NCBI GenBank assembly: GCA_964576115.1 | Contig: CAZNUA010000038.1 | Location: 1 to 33,267, forward strand | Length of the DNA: 33,267 nt | Direction of reading: 5' to 3' | Source of the DNA: an uncultured Gemmatimonadota bacterium | GTDB lineage: Bacteria; Blakebacterota; Blakebacteria; Blakebacterales; Blakebacteraceae | Shown: piece by piece, positions 1 to 9,481 of the stretch | Position numbering within the stretch: position 1 is the stretch's first letter | How the letters are laid out: the number at the start of each line of letters is the position of its first letter | The notes under the pieces: generated by a model | The model's database searches: none | What the model was told of the DNA's origin: nothing | What the model saw: only the letters and a program-made list of their open reading frames with translations | Position numbers and translations under genes: made by a program

Positions 1-2
1 AA

Positions 3-272
3 GGGATCGAGGCCCGTTTCGCGGAGGTCGAGGTCCTGCGGGAGGCGGGGGAGAGGGAAGTCGACGCCGAGATCAGCGGGCGGCTCGCGGTGGCGGCCGG
101 CCTGCGGGAGATGCTCGAAGCCCACGACGCCCGGGTCATCGAGGAACTGCTCAACCGGCTCGAGGTGGAGTACCTCGATGATCTGACCATCGTGCTCGAG
201 ATCTGCACCCAGAACAGCGTCGAGGATGAGCTGCGCACCGCCATCCTCTACCGCAAGGCCGCGGCTTCATGA
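3..272 (+). CDS. 3' end of a hypothetical acidic alpha-helical protein (5'-truncated)
   Basis: The frame of ORF 90..272 is open back to the window edge (GIEARFAEVEVLREAG...), with GC3-rich codons. Its stop overlaps the next ATG (ATGA). Confidence 0.65.
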   Translation, partial: GIEARFAEVEVLREAGEREVDAEISGRLAVAAGLREMLEAHDARVIEELLNRLEVEYLDDLTIVLEICTQNSVEDELRTAILYRKAAAS

Positions 273-3200
273 GACGACAAAGCCTGCCTTCGGCACCCGA
301 TTCCCCCCGGTTCGACAGCCGTCTTTCGCCGCCTTTCCAGTTCCAGCTCGACCTCGACTTCAAGCTGAAGCTGAAGACCGGGCTCCAGCTCCAGTTCCTG
401 TTTCTGCTCGGTGCTGTCATGCACCTGATCGTCACTTTCCCGGTCGGCGCCCAGGTCGCGGAGGAGGATCTCTCTGCCCTGCGCCTGCGAGAAATCGGTC
501 CCGCCGTGACCGGCGGACGGGTCCACGATGTCGAGGCGCTGCCCGCGGATCCCTCCACGATCTGGCTCGGAGCGGCCAGCGGCGGGGTGTGGAAGAGCAC
601 CGATGCCGGCACGACCTGGGAGCCGCTGTGGAACGACCTGCCCAATTCGTCGGTCGGCGATATCGCCCTGGCGCCGTCCGATCCCGAGATCGTCTATGTC
701 GGCACCGGCGGTCCCAACAACCGCCAGAGCACCCTGTACGGCAACGGTGTCTGGCGATCCGATGACGGGGGTGCGACCTGGCGCCACCTGGGTCTGGTCG
801 AAACCCGGCACATCGGCCGGATCAGAATCCACCCCGACGATCCCGATGTGGCCTGGGTGGCTGCGCTGGGCAACCTGTGGCGGGCGGACGACGAGCGCGG
901 GATCTTCAAGACCACCAACGGGGGACGCAGCTGGCGCAAGGTGCTCTTCGTCGACGAGGACACCGGGGCGGTGGATCTCGTTCTCGATCCTTTCGACCCC
1001 GACGTGCTGTATGCCGCCACCTATCAGCGGCGGCGGAGGACCTGGGGCTTTGCCGGCGGCGGACCGGGCAGCGGCATCTGGAAGACGACCGACGGGGGAC
1101 GGAACTGGACCGAGCTGACCACCGGTCTGCCGGCCGGCGACAAGGGCCGGATCGGGCTGGCGATCGCGGCCACCGAACCGGGCGTGGTGGTCGCCACGGT
1201 CGAACACCGGGGTGAGGGAGGGGTCTACCGCACCGGCGACGGCGGGGCGCGCTGGGAGAAGGTGAACGATCTCAACCCGCGCCCGATGTACTACAGCCAT
1301 ATCTATATCGATCCCACCAATGCCGATCGGATCTACGTGCTCGGCACCTCCTCGTCGGTCTCCGAAGACGGCGGGCGCACCTTCCGGCGCCTGCCGACCT
1401 CCCCGACCTATGACATCGGCGTGCACGCCGACCACCATGCTCTCTGGATCGATCCCGGCGATCCCGAACACCTGATGCTGGCGGGCGACGCCGGGCTGTA
1501 TGTCTCGTGGGACGGCGGGCGGGACTGGCTGCGGGTCAACAATCTCGCCATCGGCCAGTTCTACGGCATCGGGGTGGACATGCAGGATCCCTATCACATC
1601 TACGGCGGGATGCAGGACAACCACTCCTGGATGGGACCGAGCCGCACCCGGCGTTTCATCGGCCTCGTCAACGACGACTGGCGCCAGATCGGTTTCGGGG
1701 ATGGCATGTATACCCGGCCCGATCCGATCGATCCGCGCCGGGTCTACCTCGATTCAAACGGCGGCGGCATCGAGCGTTTCGATACCTTCACCGGCTCGAG
1801 TCAGGGTATCAAGCCCGACCCCCCGGAGGGGGAACGCTACCGCTTCGACTGGACGGCGCCGATCCTGATCAGCCCGCACGAGCACCGCACCGTCTATCTG
1901 GGGGGCAACCGGCTCTTCATCTCCCGTGACGGGGGCACCAGCTGGGAGCGCACGATCGACCTGTCGAAGAACCTGGATCGGAACGAGCTGCCGATCATGG
2001 GCCGCCCCACCGGCCGGGAGACACTCTCGCGCAACGACGGTGTGAGTTCGTACGGCGAGATCACCACCATCGCCGAATCCCCCCTGGTACCGGGTCTGCT
2101 CTGGGTCGGGACCGACGACGGGAACGTGCAGGTGAGCCGGGATGGCGGTCGGAGCTGGCGGAACGTGGCGGGGCGGTTCGCAAATGTGCCCGAGCGGACC
2201 TACGTGAGCCGGGTGGCGGCCTCGGCTCACGAACCCGACCGTGCCTATGTGACTTTCGACGCCCATCGCGATGGAGATTTCCGCCCCTTCGTGTTCGCCA
2301 CTGAAGACGGCGGCGAGAGCTGGCGGGCGCTGACGCTCGGTCTGCCCGAGGAGGGTTCGGTCAATATCATCGTCGAACATCCCCGCACGGCCGACCTGCT
2401 CTTCGTGGGGACCGAGCACGGTCTGTTCGTTTCTCTGGATCGCGGTCGGAACTGGCGGCGCATGGGAGGCGGACTGCCGAGTGCCCCGGTGGACGATCTG
2501 GTCATCCACCCGCGCGAGAACGACCTGATCGTCGGCACCCACGGCCGAAGTCTCTGGGTGCTCGACGATATCACTCCACTCCAGGAACTGGCGGCCGGCC
2601 CGGCGGCCGACCGGGTCTGTCTTTTCGACCTGCGCCCGGTCTGCCAGTGGCAGCTCTGGAAGGCGACCAGTTACCGGGGCCAGGGTGCGTACAGCGCCGA
2701 ACAGCCCCCCGACGGAGCCGTCATCACCTACCGGCTCGCCGATCGGGCGGACACCGTGACGGTCGAAATCCGCGACCCCGGCGGACGGCTGATACGAACT
2801 CTGGGAGGTCCGGGCACCCCGGGTATGCACCGGCTCGTCTGGGACCTGCGTCTGGCGCCGCCGCCGCGCGAGGACATTCAGCGCCTGGATCGTGGAGATC
2901 GCAGTCAGGCCCGGGTGAGCGCCTGGCTGCAGGGCCGGCTCGATCCCCGCGGTCCCTTCGTGCTGCCCGACACCTATATCGTTCGACTGCGGGCCGGGAC
3001 CGTCGTGCGCGAGAAAACCCTCGAGGTGCGGCCCGATCCGCTCGACCCTCTCACCGGGTCCGAGCGACGGGAGCGCTGGGCTTTCCTGCTGGACACGCAG
3101 ACCGTCAACCGCGAAGCTTTCGACAGGGGGCTGGAACTGCGGGCGTTGCGCGATGAAGTGCGCCGGGTGCGGTCCGCCGTCAGGACTGCAGCCGAAGCCC

Positions 3201-3514
3201 CGGCCGCCCTCGGAGCCGATCTCGACACCCTCGACCGCGACCTCGGAACCCTCTATCGGCGGTTCTGGAACGAGGTTCGGCGCGGCACCGAGAGGCTCCT
3301 GAACGCCTTTGCGGGCAGCGGGGTCGAAACGGGTACTCTGCTCGGGCCGACCGCCGATCAACGCACCCAGGTCCGGCGCCTGAGGGGTGATCTCGATGAC
3401 GCCGAACGGGAACGGCTGCTTCTGAACGAGGAGACCATCCCGGCCCTGAACCGGCGCCTGCGTGCCGCCGGGCTGGCGGAGATCAGCCGCGGCGAGGAAC
3501 GGAGTTCGCCATGA
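269..3514 (+). CDS. Secreted BNR/Asp-box repeat beta-propeller protein (VPS10/sortilin-like, glycosyl hydrolase-related)
   Basis: 1081 aa with many Asp-boxes (STDAGTTW, SDDGGATW, SEDGGRTF, SWDGGRDW, SRDGGTSW), the family motifs REIGPAVTGGR and GGMQDN, a FlgD-like Ig segment and a helical C-terminus. A hydrophobic signal segment ends in VGA-Q. Confidence 0.85.
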   Translation: MRRQSLPSAPDSPRFDSRLSPPFQFQLDLDFKLKLKTGLQLQFLFLLGAVMHLIVTFPVGAQVAEEDLSALRLREIGPAVTGGRVHDVEALPADPSTIWLGAASGGVWKSTDAGTTWEPLWNDLPNSSVGDIALAPSDPEIVYVGTGGPNNRQSTLYGNGVWRSDDGGATWRHLGLVETRHIGRIRIHPDDPDVAWVAALGNLWRADDERGIFKTTNGGRSWRKVLFVDEDTGAVDLVLDPFDPDVLYAATYQRRRRTWGFAGGGPGSGIWKTTDGGRNWTELTTGLPAGDKGRIGLAIAATEPGVVVATVEHRGEGGVYRTGDGGARWEKVNDLNPRPMYYSHIYIDPTNADRIYVLGTSSSVSEDGGRTFRRLPTSPTYDIGVHADHHALWIDPGDPEHLMLAGDAGLYVSWDGGRDWLRVNNLAIGQFYGIGVDMQDPYHIYGGMQDNHSWMGPSRTRRFIGLVNDDWRQIGFGDGMYTRPDPIDPRRVYLDSNGGGIERFDTFTGSSQGIKPDPPEGERYRFDWTAPILISPHEHRTVYLGGNRLFISRDGGTSWERTIDLSKNLDRNELPIMGRPTGRETLSRNDGVSSYGEITTIAESPLVPGLLWVGTDDGNVQVSRDGGRSWRNVAGRFANVPERTYVSRVAASAHEPDRAYVTFDAHRDGDFRPFVFATEDGGESWRALTLGLPEEGSVNIIVEHPRTADLLFVGTEHGLFVSLDRGRNWRRMGGGLPSAPVDDLVIHPRENDLIVGTHGRSLWVLDDITPLQELAAGPAADRVCLFDLRPVCQWQLWKATSYRGQGAYSAEQPPDGAVITYRLADRADTVTVEIRDPGGRLIRTLGGPGTPGMHRLVWDLRLAPPPREDIQRLDRGDRSQARVSAWLQGRLDPRGPFVLPDTYIVRLRAGTVVREKTLEVRPDPLDPLTGSERRERWAFLLDTQTVNREAFDRGLELRALRDEVRRVRSAVRTAAEAPAALGADLDTLDRDLGTLYRRFWNEVRRGTERLLNAFAGSGVETGTLLGPTADQRTQVRRLRGDLDDAERERLLLNEETIPALNRRLRAAGLAEISRGEERSSP
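335..406 (+). repeat. Degenerate hexamer tandem array encoding FQFQLDLDFKLKLKTGLQLQFLFL
   Basis: ttccag ttccag ctcgac ctcgac ttcaag ctgaag ctgaag accggg ctccag ctccag ttcctg tttctg. Confidence 0.7.
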
Positions 3515-4464
3515 AAGTACGCCTGCACCGCGATATCAACGTCACCGCTCCGATCCTGCTGGCCGGCTGGCCGGGAATGGGCAACGTGGGGGTGAGCGCA
3601 GTCGATTACCTGCGACGCGAACTGAATGCCGACGAATTCGGCGAAATCGACATGAGCGAGCACTTCACCCCCGATGCCATCGTGGTGGAGAAGGGCATCG
3701 CCAACCTGCCCGAGGTTCCCGCCAACGGTTTCAACGTCGCCCGCGACCCCGATCTGCTCTTCTTTCTGAGCGAAGCGCAGGTCTCGGGTCCGGCGGCTCT
3801 GGCCCTGACGCACCTGATCGTCGACGTGGCCGAGAGCTACGAGGTGCCGCGCATCTACACCTGCGCCGCCTTCGCGGTGCCGATGAGTTACACCGAAGAG
3901 ACCCGGGTGCTGGGGGTGGCGACCAACGAAGGCTTGCTGCAAACGCTCATTCCGCATGGCGCCGAGGTTCTGAAACAGGGCATCATCAGTGGCCTGAACG
4001 GGCTCCTGCTGGGAGTGGCGGGAGCCCGGGGTATCGAGGCCGCCTGCCTGCTCGCCACCATTCCGCAGTACTCGATCAGCCTGCCTAATCCGCGGGGTTC
4101 GCGGGCTCTGGTGCAGACCCTGGGAACGGTCCTGGGGGTCGAGGTGGACCTGGGCGGATTCGACGGTCCGATCGCGCAGATGGATGAGATGATGGCTCAG
4201 ATCGAGGAGCGGATGCGGACCGCTTTCAGCTCTCAGGTCGGGGCAGAGGGGGGTGAAACCCCGCCCGAGATGACCGAGGAGGTCGGTCAGGACGAGGTCC
4301 CCGGTTACGTGATGCGGCGCATCGACCAGCTCTTCCGCGAGGTGGCCGCCGACCGCAGCCAGGCCCAGCTCCTGAAGGACGAACTGGACAAATGGGGCCT
4401 CTACGAACTGTACGAGGACCGCTTCCTCGATCTGTTCCGGAGCGGCGGCGAAGCTGAGGAGTAG
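3511..4464 (+). CDS. PAC2 family (proteasome assembly chaperone-like) protein with C-terminal helical extension
   Basis: Motifs PILLAGWPGMGNVG, ISGLNGLLLG, GIEAACLL and PNPRGS. ATGA overlap with the upstream gene. Confidence 0.85.
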   Translation: MKVRLHRDINVTAPILLAGWPGMGNVGVSAVDYLRRELNADEFGEIDMSEHFTPDAIVVEKGIANLPEVPANGFNVARDPDLLFFLSEAQVSGPAALALTHLIVDVAESYEVPRIYTCAAFAVPMSYTEETRVLGVATNEGLLQTLIPHGAEVLKQGIISGLNGLLLGVAGARGIEAACLLATIPQYSISLPNPRGSRALVQTLGTVLGVEVDLGGFDGPIAQMDEMMAQIEERMRTAFSSQVGAEGGETPPEMTEEVGQDEVPGYVMRRIDQLFREVAADRSQAQLLKDELDKWGLYELYEDRFLDLFRSGGEAEE

Positions 4465-4491
4465 GCGCCTGGCCCGCGGACCGGAACGGCC

Positions 4492-5946
4492 TCAGACCAG
4501 GGCGGCCAGATAGTTCTTGAGCAGCTTCCAGCTCTTCGCCACCGAAGATATCTGGACCTTCTCACCCGGCGCGTGCGGACTCCTGATCTCGGGGCCGAAG
4601 CTGATCATGTCCATGCCGGGGAACTTCTCGCCGATAATACCGCACTCCAGACCGGCGTGGATCGCTTTGACGTCGGGCTCCTTGGCGAAAATTGTCTCGA
4701 AGACCTCCCGGCCTGTCAGCAGGAGCCGCGAATCGGGGTTGGGGGTCCAGCCCGGGTAGCCGCCGAATTCTTCCGCCGCCGCACCGGCCATCTCGAAGCC
4801 TCTCCTGACCTGCAGAACAGCGGCCCGCAGGGCCGGCATCACACTCGAACGGGTGCTGGTGGTGATGTCGATCCGGTCAGCTTCGGTTTTGACGACCGCG
4901 ACGTTGTTGCTGGTCTCCACCAGACCGGGCACGTCGCGGCTCATGGCCATCACACCGTGGGGAGCGGTGACGATGGCGCCAACGAGCCGGCGCCGCAAGT
5001 CGTCGCTGAAGGCCTCACCGGCGGGGTCGGCCGGGTTCAGTTCGATCGCCAGGTTGGGATCGATGCGACTGAACTCGCCGAGGAATTCCTCCTTCTGCTC
5101 GGCGATGACGGTCCGCATGGCGTCTTCGGACCCGGCTGCGGTTGTCAGCGTGGCAAAGGCTTCGCGGGGGATGGCGTTGTGCTTTGAACCGGCGTCGATG
5201 CTGAAGAGGTCGTAGGCGATGCCGGCAGCTTCGAAAGCGGTGAGCAGACGGGCCAGCAGCTTGACCGCGTTGGCCCGGTTCTCGTGGATGTCCACCCCTG
5301 AATGACCGCCGCGCAGGCCCTTGACGGCAACCGTGAACCCGGTATCGAAGCTACTGCTCTTGGCCTCGCGCGCGAAGGTGGTGTGCAGGTCCTGGCCTCC
5401 GGCACAGCCGATATAGAAAGCTCCGTCCTCTTCGGTGTCCAGATTCAGGAGCATACGGCCGGTCAGAAGCCCGGGATCGAGGTCACGCGCTCCGGTCAGG
5501 CCGGTTTCCTCATCGACGGTGAAGAGCAGTTCGAGCGGGCCGTGGACGACCTCGGGGTCGGTCGCGGCGGCCATGGCCATGGCCACGCCGATGCCGTTGT
5601 CGGCTCCCAGGGTCGTCTCGCGGGCGGTGACCCAGTCCCCGTCCACTTCGGCCTGGATGGGATCGGTCAGGAAATCGTGGTCGGTGCCCGAGTTCTTTTC
5701 GGGCACCATGTCCACGTGCCCCTGCAGAACCACCGTCTCGGTGTCCTCGTGCCCGGGGCTGGCCGGGACCGAGACGACCAGATTCCCGGTGGCGTCCTGA
5801 ACGACGGGAAAGCCCTGCTCCTCGGCCCAGGCCTTGAGGTGGGCCTGGATTTTCTCCTCGTGTTTCGAGGGGCGGGGAATCTGCCGGATATCATCGAAAA
5901 AGCCCCAGATGTGACGGGGTTCGAGCTCTGTGAGGGCACTGCTCAT
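4492..5946 (-). CDS. pepD: Aminoacyl-histidine dipeptidase (M20C)
   Basis: 484 aa starting MSSALTELEP with GGAG upstream. Motifs IPRPSKHEE, LQGHVDMV, TTLGADNGIG, DEETGLTGA, GGHSG and IHAGLECG. Confidence 0.95.
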   Translation of the reverse strand: MSSALTELEPRHIWGFFDDIRQIPRPSKHEEKIQAHLKAWAEEQGFPVVQDATGNLVVSVPASPGHEDTETVVLQGHVDMVPEKNSGTDHDFLTDPIQAEVDGDWVTARETTLGADNGIGVAMAMAAATDPEVVHGPLELLFTVDEETGLTGARDLDPGLLTGRMLLNLDTEEDGAFYIGCAGGQDLHTTFAREAKSSSFDTGFTVAVKGLRGGHSGVDIHENRANAVKLLARLLTAFEAAGIAYDLFSIDAGSKHNAIPREAFATLTTAAGSEDAMRTVIAEQKEEFLGEFSRIDPNLAIELNPADPAGEAFSDDLRRRLVGAIVTAPHGVMAMSRDVPGLVETSNNVAVVKTEADRIDITTSTRSSVMPALRAAVLQVRRGFEMAGAAAEEFGGYPGWTPNPDSRLLLTGREVFETIFAKEPDVKAIHAGLECGIIGEKFPGMDMISFGPEIRSPHAPGEKVQISSVAKSWKLLKNYLAALV

Positions 5947-6026
5947 TGTGTACTCTCCACGTGGAGGTCTCGGGCGACGGTTGATGAACCCTAATGTTGG
6001 ACCAGCTACCGGAAATATGCAAGTGA

Positions 6027-7121
6027 CTACGGAGATCGTGTCGGCCACAGACCGGCGATCGGTTCGCCGCACGACTGACAGCTCCCACTGTCCAGGGTAT
6101 TGCGTACGATCCTGAACCCGTACCGTTCGATGACTGTGGTACCGCAGGCGGGACAGAGCGTGCTCTCGAGCGCCCCGACCCGGCCCGGCAGGTTGCCGGC
6201 ATAAACGTAGTGCAAGCCGTTCTCCCGGCCGATCCGGACCGCGTTGACCAGTGTGGCCGGCGGTGTGGGACCGGGTTCGGTGTAGTGATAGTCGGGATGG
6301 TAGGCGGTGACGTGCCAGGGAATATCGGGTGAAACGTCGGCCAGAAAGCGGGCGATGTCGGTGAGTTCGCCGGGGGAGTCGTTGCAGCCCGGTACGACGA
6401 GAGTCACGACTTCGACCCAGATTCCCGCCTCGACACAGGCCGTAATCGTGTCGAGCACCGGCTGCAGCCGCCCGCCGAGTTCGGTATAAAAACTGTCGGT
6501 GAAACCTTTCAGATCGATATTGATGGCGTCGAGCCAGGGATTGAGTTCGGCAATCACGTCGGGGGTGGCGAAACCGTTCGAGACATACGACGTCCGCAGA
6601 CCGTGGGCGCGGGCCTCCCGGAACACGGCCAGGGCCCATTCGGTCGAGATGAGGGGTTCGTTGTACGTACTGGATATGCTCTCGGCGTTCTGACGCCTGG
6701 CCCGCGCGACCATCTCGTCGGCGGTGATCTCGTACAGGGGCAGACCGGCGTCGCGCTCGTGTGGAGCCTGACTGGTGATCCAGTTCTGACAGAAAGGACA
6801 GTGAAAATTGCAGCCCAGCATGCCGAAGGACAGAGCGGTCGAACCGGGTAGAAAGTGGAAGAAGGGTTTCTTTTCGATCGGGTCGGCGTGCACGCTGGTG
6901 GCGTACCCGAAGGGAACGAGCAGCTTGCCCCCCTCGTTGAAACGCACCCCGCAGAGGCCGCTCCCACCGTCGGGTACCGAACAGCGATGGGCACAGGCCA
7001 GACAGGTCACCCGGTCCCCCGGATCGTCGCTGATGAGGCCGCACGGTTCGCTCAGGGAGCGGAGTCTAATCTGCAGCGGAGTAAGGAGCCGGTTCGATCG
7101 GCGTCTTTTGTCCTGAATCAT
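6027..7121 (-). CDS. amrS: AmmeMemoRadiSam system radical SAM enzyme
   Basis: N-terminal CxxCxHxC...GLCGVR, DPIEKKP, CxxxCxxC (CNFHCPFCQN), TYNEP, NIDLKGF, and C-terminal YVYAGN plus CPAC/CQSC. Exact start uncertain. Confidence 0.9.
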   Translation of the reverse strand: MIQDKRRRSNRLLTPLQIRLRSLSEPCGLISDDPGDRVTCLACAHRCSVPDGGSGLCGVRFNEGGKLLVPFGYATSVHADPIEKKPFFHFLPGSTALSFGMLGCNFHCPFCQNWITSQAPHERDAGLPLYEITADEMVARARRQNAESISSTYNEPLISTEWALAVFREARAHGLRTSYVSNGFATPDVIAELNPWLDAINIDLKGFTDSFYTELGGRLQPVLDTITACVEAGIWVEVVTLVVPGCNDSPGELTDIARFLADVSPDIPWHVTAYHPDYHYTEPGPTPPATLVNAVRIGRENGLHYVYAGNLPGRVGALESTLCPACGTTVIERYGFRIVRNTLDSGSCQSCGEPIAGLWPTRSP

Positions 7122-7236
7122 TGCGTCAACACAGGGGTACGGAGTAACGTCGAGTCACTGGTACCATCACTATACACCACGGGTGCGATGCCTCCTACTC
7201 CCGGAGTCATACGACCCCAGCCGAAAGGGACGTGCG

Positions 7237-8358
7237 ATGCGCCCTCGGACCGTCGCTCTCGTATCACTCGCGAGTGTGCTGACTCTGAGTCTGCTGAGTT
7301 CCGGATGTGATCTCACCGATACCAGCGGGGAATCGTACTATGACACCAGTGCTCTCGCTTCGGGCAGGCTCCTCTACGCTGCCCCCGCAGACGAAGCGGA
7401 CGCCGACAGCAAGCTGGTTCTCTGGGTCATGTCGCCGAGCGGGAGCGAAGCTCCCTCGATCATGGGTTCGGCCGACCTCGATTTCGCCGGTCCCGCAGCC
7501 GGGGTGCAGTCCAACCTGACCTATATGATCAGTTTCGGTACCAGTCGCTTGCGCGTTCTTGACACCATGAAGATGGGCGTGACCGAGGTCGGCGGCGGCG
7601 AGACCCGCCGCTGCGCGGCTTTCGACCGCAGCGGCACAACCCGCTTCGCCTATATGAAGGGTTCGGCTGCCGGCGGTTTCGATATCCTGCTCCGACCCTC
7701 CGTCAAGGGCGAGGTGGTTGAACTGACCACCGATGCCTCGGCGGACTACGGCTACTACACTCCGGCCTGGTCGCACGACGGGCTGTGGATCCTCTTCGCC
7801 AAAGTACCGGCCGGTGCCACCTCGGGTACGGGGTGCGAGCTCTGGCGGGTTCACCCCGACGGCACCGGCGCCGAGAAATTGCCGATTTCAACCGACGAGG
7901 TGCCGACCTATGCCGTCTTCAGCCCCGACGATACCGAGATCTTCGTTCCCGGCGACTTCACGTCATACCGGATCAGCGACGGTGCCGTCATCACCTTCAA
8001 TCACATCCGGGAGAGCGAGACCTTCCTGAATAACCTGGGCACCATCAAGGGCGACTTCGGCTACGAACTGGTGGGCAGCCCGCTGACCGGTCCGACCCAT
8101 GCCGGAGATACGGTGACGACGGTGCGTCACACCTTCCCGATCTCGGCTACCTGGGTGTCGGCCGGGGACCGGCTCTACATGGAAGCTCTGGTGGCCGATA
8201 ATGTCGGCGATCCCCCTCACGAGGTGCTCGGGGTGGCGATCTTAACCTACCTGCCCGACCTCGAACGGTGCCTGCTGCTGCACAACCCTCTCAAGATCGA
8301 CGAGGATCTGACCGAGAACTGGACCTTCAGCGTGGCGCACCCCATCCTGCTGCCCTGA
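7237..8358 (+). CDS. Hypothetical lipoprotein with TolB/PD40-like propeller repeats
   Basis: ATG at 7237 after AAAGGGA. Lipobox LSSG-C follows a hydrophobic stretch. PD40-like motifs PAWSHDG and AVFSPDD. Confidence 0.7.
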   Translation: MRPRTVALVSLASVLTLSLLSSGCDLTDTSGESYYDTSALASGRLLYAAPADEADADSKLVLWVMSPSGSEAPSIMGSADLDFAGPAAGVQSNLTYMISFGTSRLRVLDTMKMGVTEVGGGETRRCAAFDRSGTTRFAYMKGSAAGGFDILLRPSVKGEVVELTTDASADYGYYTPAWSHDGLWILFAKVPAGATSGTGCELWRVHPDGTGAEKLPISTDEVPTYAVFSPDDTEIFVPGDFTSYRISDGAVITFNHIRESETFLNNLGTIKGDFGYELVGSPLTGPTHAGDTVTTVRHTFPISATWVSAGDRLYMEALVADNVGDPPHEVLGVAILTYLPDLERCLLLHNPLKIDEDLTENWTFSVAHPILLP

Positions 8359-9471
8359 TCAGCCGTCCGGTGCAACCGCATCGGTGCCGACTGCTTCGCT
8401 CAGGTGGTCGAAACCCGCGGCGTGCACCTTTTCGATCAATCCCCGGTTGATACGAGCCGCCAGGCAGGGTCCCTCGTAAATCAGGCCCGTATAGAACTGC
8501 AGCAGCGAAGCGCCGGCCCTGATCCTGGCCCAGGCATCCTCGAAACCGGCGATACCCCCCACTCCGATGATCGGCACCTCGCCGCGGCACAAACGGTAGA
8601 GGTTGCGGATGAGGCGGGTGCTCGGTTCCCGCAGGGGAGGACCGGAGAGGCCGCCCGCCTCGTTCTGCCAGCGGGCCGAGAGACCGGTCCTGTCGGCGGT
8701 GGTGTTGGTGGCCACAAAACCCGCCACCCCGGCCCGGCGGGCGGCGGTGACGATCGGTTCGATGTGCCCGGGATCGAGATCGGGAGAGAGCTTGAGCAGG
8801 AGGGGCCGGGGAGTGCGGCCGGTGGCCCGGGCCCGTTCGGTGGTGTGGGCGACGAGCGGTTCGAGCAGGGCGCCCAGACGTTCGGGAGCCTGCAGGTCGC
8901 GCAGTCCCGGCGTATTCGGGCTCGAGACGTTGATCACGAAATAATCGGCCAGATCGTGCAGACGCTCCAGGGCGGCGAGATAGTCGAAGGGCGCCCGCTC
9001 GAGCGGAGTGTCGCGGTTCTTGCCCAGATTGACGCCGACCGGTACGGCGATCCTCTCCCCGGCGTGCAGGTCTTCGAGCCGGGCGGCCATGGCCGCAGTG
9101 CCGCGGTTGTTGAAACCCATCCGGTTGAGAATGGCCCGCTGTTCGGTGACCCGGAAGAGGATCGGGCGCGGGTTCCCCGGCTGGGGACGGGGCGTGACGG
9201 TGCCGACCTCGGTGAAACCGAAGCCGAGCAGGGGCATGGCCGGGATGAAACGCGCGTCCTTGTCGAAACCGGCCGCCAGCCCGACCGGGTTGGGGAAACG
9301 GATCCCCCACAGGTCACAGGCCAGTTCGGGGGTGGAGACGAAAGACCGGCGTTGCATGAGAGCGGCCACGGGAGGCAGCGTCGCCGCGGTGCGCAGACTC
9401 GCTCCGGCCAGGAAGTGGGTCAGTTCAGGAGGCAGACAGAAGAGCAGCGAGCGCAGCAGGGGATAGAGCAC
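8359..9471 (-). CDS. pyrD: Quinone-dependent dihydroorotate dehydrogenase (class 2)
   Basis: Motifs NPVGLAAGFDK, NRMGFNN, NVSSPNTPGLR, KLSPDL, GGLSG and IIGVGGI. Probable GTG start at 9471. Confidence 0.95.
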   Translation of the reverse strand: MLYPLLRSLLFCLPPELTHFLAGASLRTAATLPPVAALMQRRSFVSTPELACDLWGIRFPNPVGLAAGFDKDARFIPAMPLLGFGFTEVGTVTPRPQPGNPRPILFRVTEQRAILNRMGFNNRGTAAMAARLEDLHAGERIAVPVGVNLGKNRDTPLERAPFDYLAALERLHDLADYFVINVSSPNTPGLRDLQAPERLGALLEPLVAHTTERARATGRTPRPLLLKLSPDLDPGHIEPIVTAARRAGVAGFVATNTTADRTGLSARWQNEAGGLSGPPLREPSTRLIRNLYRLCRGEVPIIGVGGIAGFEDAWARIRAGASLLQFYTGLIYEGPCLAARINRGLIEKVHAAGFDHLSEAVGTDAVAPDG

Positions 9472-9481
9472 GAGCCCCCGT

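Noticed and set aside
5947-7044. 366-codon upstream extension of the pepD frame overlapping amrS (850-aa ORF)
   Set aside because: This frame places the GC-rich third codon positions of amrS first, which depletes stop codons. The extension is Arg-rich nonsense, and pepD has its own RBS and normal length.
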